This document shows positions 10,662 to 18,806 of a stretch of 26,480 nt of DNA, one piece after another. The stretch is taken from contig NW_027191452.1 of NCBI RefSeq assembly GCF_011745625.1, forward strand, positions 1,364,001-1,390,480, given 5' to 3'. This stretch comes from Cladosporium halotolerans. Its lineage: Eukaryota. The stretch's first letter is position 1, and every line of letters starts with the position of its first letter. The notes beneath the pieces were generated by a model, which was not told the origin of the DNA, made no database searches, and saw nothing but the letters and a program-made list of their open reading frames with translations. A program made the translations under genes and the position numbers.

Positions 10662-11682
10662 ATGGATCCTTGGACAAGGGCCGCATCGAAAAGCGTGAAA
10701 GGTTGTCGAATTCACAACACGAAGACATTTTCTGCGAGCATCGGAAAGATCAGACCCTGGGAAAATGAAAGGACGATTTTGGCAAGTAACTTGATGATCA
10801 GGGGCGACGCTCTGGTATATAGATGCTGGCTTCACACCCTTCGCAAGTGCTGTAGGCATATCGCCAAGTCGGAAATTTTGAAGCTCAGTGTCTGTCTTAG
10901 CCCAAGACTCTCGAATATGGTTTTGCAAGCGCTTCGTAGGGTTGCGCGAGAGATGCGGATGAGATAACAGATAACTCAGCAAGAACGCGTGAGAACGGCC
11001 CTTTGCCTTAGACTAGGCATCGCGAGAGCTCAACCTCGTTGGACAATGATTAGACCAATTAGTGCACAAATAGACTTTTGGGAAGGTGGTCGTCGCCATT
11101 ATAGAGATCACGTTTGAGAATCAGAGTAGAGAGTTGTCGACATCCACCCTCTAAGAGCCACTCACCGCACCACTTCCACGTGCATCCTGCCGACAGCCGC
11201 CAGCAAACATCCTTTTTGTCGAGCTCAAAGCTTTCACAGAAACCGACAATACCCTCCACATGATATCTGAAATGGCAAACGTCACGCTACTACCGGTCCT
11301 TCCGCCCACTGGCGAGCAAACAATCAGCATTAGCTTCGACAGAAAACTTCCGCTCCGGAAAAGGGTCCTTGAACTGAAGTAGACCTCAACACGAAGCAAC
11401 AGACTAAATCATAATTGGTCGCAATCCCTTGTCTTTTTTCACACCGGCAAACGACTTTGGAAGACCCTAAGAGGAGGAAAAGGCCTCACATGAGCATACT
11501 GAGACCCGGAAGAGTTCCAGGGTTGGTACAAGGTCGCCAAATACGGACCTCCAAAATCTCTTGAGCGTCGAAGACATAATGGCAAGTGGGCACGGGGTGA
11601 TGAGAACATAGTAGCAACAAACCTCGCCTGCGTAGGTGCCATTGAGTCGAGAAGCAAGGAACAAGCGATCTGCGAGGGGTGA
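10662..11682 (+). pseudogene. Possible decayed gene relic, unidentified
   Basis: One + frame from 11083 to 11682 reads protein-like (ANILFVELKAFTETDNTLHMISE...LWKTLRGGKGLT*AY*DPEEFQGWYKVAKYG) with four internal stops (11152, 11380, 11491, 11500). Upstream ORF 10662-10967 may belong to it. Evidence is weak. Confidence 0.22.
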
Positions 11683-12089
11683 TTTGGGCATATCGTAAGA
11701 CAGAGATCAGGCTGGCAATGATGGCATGTTTTTCATGGCGTAAGTCATCAATATAGCCAATCGACAGTCACTTTCTTCGCACTTGAAAGTAAGCTAGGCA
11801 GTAATCTTGTTGATGATGAAGGCGCTCGTGGGTGATAGAGGGCTTTGGTACATCTGCACCACCAACAATCCAATCCTGGCAAACCTGCAGATTTTCCAAG
11901 AATAGCGTATCCCAGACATCGACAGAACGTAAGAACTCAGAGGGGCTCCATGGCAGTCGTATCGTTGATGTTGTGGTGGTAGCCATTTGGAGATTTCCCC
12001 GATCACCTGACTTGGCGTTTCGCGCATCATTCCCGAACAGCGCAACCGCCACTTCGAGCACCTGTACATGCACAACTACACTCAATGTG

Positions 12090-12136
12090 ACGCGAAGTCC
12101 GCGTTGCGGCCACGATTCACACGCTTCACGACGCGT
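12090..12136 (+). promoter_or_regulatory. MCB-like (MluI cell-cycle box) cluster upstream of SLX4
   Basis: ACGCGT at 12131-12136, plus ACGCGAA (12090) and CGCGT (12100), lie 60-110 bp before the SLX4 ATG. MBF/MCB control of replication and repair genes is established in ascomycete yeasts. Confidence 0.45.
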
Positions 12137-12198
12137 CAACGAATCTGTTTCGGCTCCTGGGGCCGGCGCAGAAATGCTGCAGCATTCTGCGCGCAGTC

Positions 12199-15100
12199 AT
12201 GGCAGCGCAAATTCCCGTCACCATAGACTCCTCACCTCCGAACGATGCTTACCGAATACCTTCGATTACACCTGACGGCATTCGACAAGGTGCCAGCACA
12301 GAATCATTGCCAAGATCGTCTCCGCAACTTCTGTCCCCAAGCGCCTTCGTACGGCCACGGACGCAGGCCCTCAAGAGCGGTTCGCGAGCGCAAAAAGTAC
12401 CTACTGGCGCAAACGCAGGGTTTTCCACAGCTGCGAGCATCTGGAAGCTGCAGAGTAACCATCAGGACATCCAAAGCAATCGGGGGCTACATGGCGACGA
12501 AACAGTGGCAGTAGAAGACAAACCAGAGTCGGAAAAGCGAAAGACGCGGACGAAGGCTTCTGGGAAGCTTTCAAGGCCGACGAAAACAACCGAAGCCCAA
12601 AAGGATACGAGCTCGACACCCCGGAATTTGCAAGAACACCCGCCGGCCCAGGTCGATGCCTCACAGCAGCCTGCGATCGGGGCGGCTATTGAGATACCCG
12701 AAAGCCACAAGGATCCCGATGCGCGCTACAGCAACGGTTTAGACCCCAATTTTCCCTATATGAGCCCCGTTGAGCAATCTTCCGATACCCTCGCTACTTC
12801 TTTTAAGCACAATGCGCCTTCGACGGAGCTGCCCGTCACAAATCAGCGACGAAAGCGTGCGCCTACGGATTACTTGCCTGGGGAAAAGCTAGCACAAAAG
12901 AAACCCAGAAAATCTCAAACAAAATCTGAGGCGATCGTACTTGACTCAGATGAGCCGGAGATCATGTTGGACGAAGCGCAGGCTGATGACGGGAGGGCTG
13001 CTAAGAAACCGAACAATCCAAGACCGGCGGATAGTTCGCCAAAGCCAGTTAGAACACTTAGCAGTCGCAGCAGCAAACCAAACGCCATTGCGGTCCACAA
13101 AAGAGAAGCAACAGAAATTACTGAGTCTGTCCCGTTACCGGTCAAGCACTCGGCGGAGACATCGGCATACTTTGCGCAGCAAGAACTTGCAGTGCCATTA
13201 GACCAACCATCGCCCTCTTCTCCGCCCATGGCAGTTGAACAATTGGACAATTTGAAAGCCATAGGATGCGTGTGTGTGGACGACGTCATTGAGAACTCTG
13301 AGGCGAACAATGCACAAGACGTGCCTGGGCCAGCCCCAAGACGTCGCCGAAGTTGGACACCCCTCCAAGACTCACATGGCGGATACAGTGCCCACAGTAT
13401 TCCCGCTGTCGATTGTAGTCTGGATGATAGAATTGGCCACATCGAGTTCTCTGAAATGCTTGGAAATTTCAGCTACTTGGATCCGAAGGCTGTGGCAGCG
13501 CCTGACCCCGCCAGTGACAATGGTATCAAGAAATCCTCCGTTACTGCTGCTGAGAATCGGCGCCCAACCATCTCGAAACCAACCACAGAATCCGGGGCAA
13601 AACCTGCGTCCAAGAAGAAGCCCAAGGCTCCAAAGAAACCCCAAACGATCACGTCACTCGCCACTGCGGCGTATCAGCCAATGCTACAAGCGGAAATTGC
13701 GCAAAGTACTGTCTCTGAGTTCTTCGCTCCACGGAAAGAGAGGGAAATATCCATGGCAAACGGAGCAGGTGAACATGAAAAAGCAGTGGAGGAGCCTGCA
13801 AAGGCCAAAAAGCCCAGAAAGTCCCGAGCAAAAGCAGAGACAGCAGAAGGGGATCTCGCAACAACCAAGAAACAATCGAAATCTCGAACAATGACAAAGA
13901 GCAAAGTCAAGTTCAACCCTGCCGACCATCAACTCCCACTCTATTCGCCGACTCAAGCGCGCAGGCAAATGAGGTCCCAGGAATTCTTATTCGGAACTTC
14001 AAGTCAGCTTGCCGCCGAAGAGTCCCCTGACTTTATACGAGAGGTCCAGCATGCGATACGCCAATCAGAAACGACATCGGGCTTGCTTGACGGGTCACAG
14101 GTCTTTACGCAAGTTGAAGTCAGTCCGCAATCAGTGGAAAAGAGCTATTCAAGGGTTGCTACTGCGCCGCACGGCACGTGCTTGTCGGTTGAGCAAGCCA
14201 CGCGCGAACTCTGGTGTGCTTCTGCAAGAGATGAGACCGGATCCAAGCTGATTCAGGAAGCCAAAGACAAATCTGACGACAACGCGCTAGCTCAAGCTCA
14301 GCTAGATATGTCACCTATGGGGAGGCCGGAGCTGCCGCAGGAGTCTCCGATTGATCTTTGCAACGGTCGTTCTTCGAACCTGCCTCCCGGCGAGTCCCCG
14401 GCGAGTCCCCTTGAGAGGGTTGATCAAACGGAGGGTACAGAAGCCTCTCGAGGACAAGCGGAAAAGCCAGCCTTGGTCGCACAAGCAAGCGTTCATGAAG
14501 AGCGGTGCGCTCCCCAAGGCACCGAATGGGTTTTCCTACCGAGCGACGACTCCGAGTTCTTGCCACACGATCCCATACCGAAGTCGGGAAACCAGCCAGC
14601 CGCTTACACTTCTCTTGGATCTATGAACAGGCCGGCCCTGCAACCTCTTGACGCTAACCTGAATATCTTAATCCATGATCTCGGCACCAAAAGTCCGACT
14701 CGATTGGAACGCCGACCTTTCTCCACCGCAGCGGTCACGTCCGAAGGACATCAACCCAGTCTACAGCCGCTCAAACCAGCATATGACCTATCGCTTGTCG
14801 CCCCAAAGCGTGGTCGTGGAAGACCTCGAAAAGAAGGTTCAGCGGATCGAACGTCGTTGACTTCTCCTGCGCGTGGAAGAGGGCGGCCGCGGAAACAATC
14901 ATTGACCGGAAGCGCTTCGAAGACCTCACCGGTAAGGCCCCGCGGCAGACCTCCAAAGGAGCATTCGACCGAGAAAGAGACAACACCAAAGCGGCCAGTA
15001 GGACGGCCTCGCAAACACCCAGTTTCCACGACTCCGCCACGAAAGCCTAGCAAAGAAAGGAGTCCACAGCATTCAATCTCTGCTTCTCAACTGGCTTTGC

Positions 15101-15648
15101 GGAAAGAGTGGACGAACATCGACGACATATCTGACTCTGACTCTCGTAAAACACCATCCCCACGCCGCAGAAGAGCGTCTTCGACTCCTCCATTCGTACG
15201 ACCACTGGACTTTGAAGGCCGGCAATCAACATCCGTGAAGTCTAAAGGTTCCACTTCAAGCGGCGGTATGAAGGCCACCGACACCGAATGGCCGGCGGTG
15301 CAAGCCGTGATCTATCCGGAGATTACGCAGACAATCAAGTCGACGCCTCCAAGCACGGATCTCAAGGATCCCTCGTGGCACGAGAAGATCTTGCTATATC
15401 ATCCTATAGTGCTCGAAGATCTCACTGCTTGGCTCAACATGCAGGGCTTGAGGACACATGTTCAGCGGTTGAAACCCAAGGTCAAACAAAGGGGTCGCAA
15501 GAAAAAGGATGCTCCGCCGGAGGTGGACGAGTGGGAGACCATTGAAGACGAGCTCAAGGCGTGGATGGTACAGAAATGGTGTGAAGATCACAGTATTTGC
15601 TGCCTTTGGAAAGACGGATTGAGAGGTGGAGTCAAGGCGAGGTACTGA
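12199..15648 (+). CDS. SLX4: Structure-specific endonuclease subunit Slx4, 1149 aa
   Basis: C-terminal Slx1-binding domain WHEKILLYHPIVLEDLTAWLN...VQKWCEDHSICCLWK. Internal fungal Slx4 motifs KKPQTITSLATAAY and QEFLFGTSSQL. Long disordered body with AT-hook motifs. Confidence 0.93.
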   Translation: MAAQIPVTIDSSPPNDAYRIPSITPDGIRQGASTESLPRSSPQLLSPSAFVRPRTQALKSGSRAQKVPTGANAGFSTAASIWKLQSNHQDIQSNRGLHGDETVAVEDKPESEKRKTRTKASGKLSRPTKTTEAQKDTSSTPRNLQEHPPAQVDASQQPAIGAAIEIPESHKDPDARYSNGLDPNFPYMSPVEQSSDTLATSFKHNAPSTELPVTNQRRKRAPTDYLPGEKLAQKKPRKSQTKSEAIVLDSDEPEIMLDEAQADDGRAAKKPNNPRPADSSPKPVRTLSSRSSKPNAIAVHKREATEITESVPLPVKHSAETSAYFAQQELAVPLDQPSPSSPPMAVEQLDNLKAIGCVCVDDVIENSEANNAQDVPGPAPRRRRSWTPLQDSHGGYSAHSIPAVDCSLDDRIGHIEFSEMLGNFSYLDPKAVAAPDPASDNGIKKSSVTAAENRRPTISKPTTESGAKPASKKKPKAPKKPQTITSLATAAYQPMLQAEIAQSTVSEFFAPRKEREISMANGAGEHEKAVEEPAKAKKPRKSRAKAETAEGDLATTKKQSKSRTMTKSKVKFNPADHQLPLYSPTQARRQMRSQEFLFGTSSQLAAEESPDFIREVQHAIRQSETTSGLLDGSQVFTQVEVSPQSVEKSYSRVATAPHGTCLSVEQATRELWCASARDETGSKLIQEAKDKSDDNALAQAQLDMSPMGRPELPQESPIDLCNGRSSNLPPGESPASPLERVDQTEGTEASRGQAEKPALVAQASVHEERCAPQGTEWVFLPSDDSEFLPHDPIPKSGNQPAAYTSLGSMNRPALQPLDANLNILIHDLGTKSPTRLERRPFSTAAVTSEGHQPSLQPLKPAYDLSLVAPKRGRGRPRKEGSADRTSLTSPARGRGRPRKQSLTGSASKTSPVRPRGRPPKEHSTEKETTPKRPVGRPRKHPVSTTPPRKPSKERSPQHSISASQLALRKEWTNIDDISDSDSRKTPSPRRRRASSTPPFVRPLDFEGRQSTSVKSKGSTSSGGMKATDTEWPAVQAVIYPEITQTIKSTPPSTDLKDPSWHEKILLYHPIVLEDLTAWLNMQGLRTHVQRLKPKVKQRGRKKKDAPPEVDEWETIEDELKAWMVQKWCEDHSICCLWKDGLRGGVKARY

Positions 15649-16382
15649 AAAATGGGCCATGCTGTAGCCTCGCAGCGTTCGTGTACAATACAATAATATG
15701 ACTAACGATTCTCTTTTGTGAAGGCCATTGGGCCTTCGGAGCTCGCCTACTGCCACCCTGCTACGACTGCATGTGGGTGCCACGTTCGGGCAATTGCACC
15801 TCTTGGCAAGCCTCACTTGCCTGTTCTACCTCTTAAGCAGTCTAGAACGTTACGCTTTATAGAGCCCTAATTTGAACTCTGTCCCGAGAACCCCGCAAAG
15901 ATCCCCCAGATTCTCTGCCGACTACCTTAGGGTTACATCTCTTGCGCCTCCCTACGAACGACAAGTTGCCGCGAACTGAGCGTATTTCAGACCATAGAGA
16001 CCTTTCATGGAGAGGATCGCTAAGAATCTCCAGTGTTCTCGCATTTTGCTTCGAGCGCGACTCTGGCGTTTCGTGGCGTTTTGCCGCGCGCTTCTCAAAG
16101 CTTCATGACGAGCTTCCTGCTTCAACCATCAAGCCCGCTCAGAAGTGCTTACGCTTTTGCTTTCCACAAAGCGGTCGTCAGCACCGGTAACGATCTTAGC
16201 ATGACCACATTGGTCAAAGTATTGCGATGCCAATGCTGTTTCCTATAATGACGGGGACTTGCCGAACTCTAAGCCGCGGCGACGTACCTTGCATAAGAAG
16301 GGCGATGGTCAGCTGCTTCTGGTAGGTCCATAAGCAGTACCTAACATAAGTTTCTCCTTTGAACGTGTCGCAATCGCTCAAA

Positions 16383-17313
16383 ATGAAGTACACGCAGACT
16401 GCGTCGTTCGCCTGCTTTCTTCAAGCCGTCCACCTGGCCAATGGACAAACGCCGCCAGGATCGCAACCATCATGCGAAGGAACCCTTGGTGTGAACTACA
16501 ACGGCACCCGCTCTGTAGTTACCGATGAGATACTGTTCCCTGATCGTTAAGCATATGTTCTTCATACTGTGATGGATGTTGCTGACTTCCTGTCAGAGGT
16601 TTCAACCCAGCCAACGATCTACCTAAATGGAACGGTATCCGGCACGCACATGGTCGTGTTCACCGATCTAAGCATCTCCGGCGGAAGGTACAACGGCACG
16701 ACTCTACCATTGGCCCAAGGCCTGCAATCCTGCCGCACCACAAGACTGCACTGGCTGCAGACCGGCCTCACGCAGACAGAAAATGGCTCATTCGTCAGCG
16801 ACACACCAGCCGTTGCTCCCTACGGCAAGTTGCCCCCAACCCTGCCAGTCCCAAACACTAACCACCAGCGCAGGCGGCTCCATGCCCACCCTAAACGACA
16901 TCCCGCACACCTTCACCTTCTACCTCTTCCCGCAACCCGACGACTTCGCGCTCCCCGATTGGAATGCCGGACGCAACTACACCGCTCTCAGCGCGCCGGA
17001 CCGCCTCAATTTCAGCGTGACAGCAATCTCAGACGTCGTCGGAGCGCCGATTGCGGCGAACTACTACCGGACTTACAATCGCTCCAACACTGCTACCGGA
17101 TCGTTCAGCAACGGCACTTGTCCGCCTTATCTTGCCGGGGGCGCCAGTGACAATGGGTCTACGGGCGGTGCGCCATCGGGCAATGGGAGTAATGGAGGGA
17201 GTGGGAGTGGTTCTTCGCCGCCGGTGGAGTTCACGGGGTTGGGTGCGAAGTTGGAGAGTGGTGTTGGGTATTTGCTGGGGGCTATTGCGTTGTTGGCTTT
17301 TGCGATGTTTTAG
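16383..17313 (+). CDS. Secreted, probably GPI-anchored PEBP-like protein; exons 16383-16545, 16597-16824, 16874-17313
   Basis: Signal peptide MKYTQTASFACFLQAVHLANG followed by QTPPG. Intron 1 is 16546-16596 (GTTAAG...GCTGAC...TCAG). Intron 2 is 16825-16873 (GCAAGT...CTAAC...GCAG). Splicing restores the PEBP-type motifs TTRLHWLQTGL and APYGGSMP...PHTFTFYLFPQP. A G/S linker and hydrophobic C-terminus (EFTGLGAKLESGVGYLLGAIALLAFAMF) follow. Confidence 0.82.
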
Positions 17314-17814
17314 ACGGGGGAATTCTACTGTGATTGTAGCAAATGAGGGGCGGGTTGTATGATCTTGATGCATGCGTACTTGAGGATATCGATATCTTTG
17401 TTCAATTTGGAATTATGCACAGCCCCTTGCCGTGGGTCCTACCATGGCAGGCTCTGCGCGGCGCTGTTGTAGATAAAGTGTCGATTGCTCTTATGAGCCT
17501 TCGTATGCCCTCAACCAAACCCCAGAAAGCAATACCCTATCCTTGAATTGGAAAGGAAGCACCGTGGTATGGTCCGCTGACTTGATCATGGCGCGCCTTG
17601 TATGGGAGAGACCATGCAAATAGAGGGCTCGCGCTTAAGGCATGGCTGTGATGGGGTCGCATGCAAGTGAAGTCTCTTTCGTTCGTGCATCCCGTGACTC
17701 CCTTTCTGGCGCGACAAAGATGGACAGGTAGGCAAATCGAGGGTTCGTGAGTCGTGGAGGTTTGCTCCGCCGGCGTTGGTTGCTGTGCTCCCTCTAGCGT
17801 GATTTCGTGAGATC

Positions 17815-18421
17815 TCAGGATCCTTTGAGCGCCATGCTACCGATGATGAAAGTCTCTGCCTCTTTCCCAAGAGCGGCAGTCTCGCCCTTCTTGGGTTGAT
17901 CAAGGCGGTAGATTTTCCTGAGCCGGGCGTCATCCTTTACCTCTGCAAGTGCTTCGTCAGTCAGAGGGACGGGCTCTCCCTGGACATTCTGCCTCAAGTG
18001 TTCTGCCACCGACTGGTTCGGGTTTCTCAAAACCTTCACAGCCACGACATTGCTGCTGGTGTCTTGGATGCCAAAACGGCGGAACGACTCTGCGATCTGT
18101 CTTTTGTCAGTAACTGTAGAATATTCCAAGATGTAGTGGACTGACATTGTTGTTTGGCGAGAGATCAAAGACAATCTCAGAATGCACGTTGCGGCTCTTC
18201 AGACGGTTGTTGAGAGAGTCGGTGATGGCCCTGAAGCATGCGGCTAGGATTTGGTTCCTTGAGATGAGGATAGAGGCGTCCAGAAATGCATATTCGAAGT
18301 CTGAGTTGCCTTCGAGGAGCTGCTGGCGGAGGAAGGCGGAGTTTTGGACGTTCTTGAAGAGTGATAGCTGGATTGGGGAGTCCGGGAGGTGTGGTAGAGT
18401 CACAGTTTCTACGCTGGCCAT
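17815..18421 (-). CDS. CGI121: KEOPS/EKC complex subunit Cgi121 (TPRKB), 185 aa; exons 18421-18146 and 18096-17815
   Basis: [16 protein letters not shown]...FEYAFLDA...[20 protein letters not shown] joins [10 protein letters not shown] across a 49-nt intron (18145-18097, GTCAGT...CTGAC...ACAG). C-terminus is LRKIYRL...[10 protein letters not shown]. Confidence 0.95.
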
Positions 18422-18513
18422 GGTGAAATCTCTTCCTCGTCTTTCTCAGACGAGTCGACACACGCTATGGCTGACGTATATCTCGGATCAGTGGTTCCCT
18501 TCACGCAGTGGTG

Positions 18514-18600
18514 ATCACGTGGCTTTCACTCGGTCTAGACGCACCATCCTTGGCCTGATCACCAAGCGCTATGCCTGCAAATCTCACCGCCAGTCACGTG
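18514..18600. promoter_or_regulatory. Two RTCACGTG E-boxes in the divergent CGI121 / Zn2Cys6-TF promoter
   Basis: ATCACGTG at 18514-18521 and GTCACGTG at 18593-18600 lie within a 385-bp divergent intergenic gap and match the Cbf1-type bHLH site. Confidence 0.4.
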
Positions 18601-18806
18601 CCGTGCCAATCCAGCACGCGGCCGTGCCTCGCCTCGATGAGGATCGCCGGGCCCGAGCGTGGCTGAAACGCGGCAGAAAAGCGGTTCGGCGGGCCAAAGC
18701 TGGGGCCCCTCGCTCGTTTGAAAGCAGAAGAGGCGGGCGCCGCCATCCATGGTCGGCGGCAAACACCGCAGACGGCAAACACCGTGTGCGAACACCGCCA
18801 GGCACG

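Noticed and set aside
15927..15935. TTAGGGTTA, i.e. the canonical fungal telomerase template TAACCCTAA on the minus strand
   Set aside because: A single 9-mer is plausible by chance in 26 kb. The gap is only ~730 bp, so a typical long TER would have to run antisense through SLX4. No supporting structure was seen.
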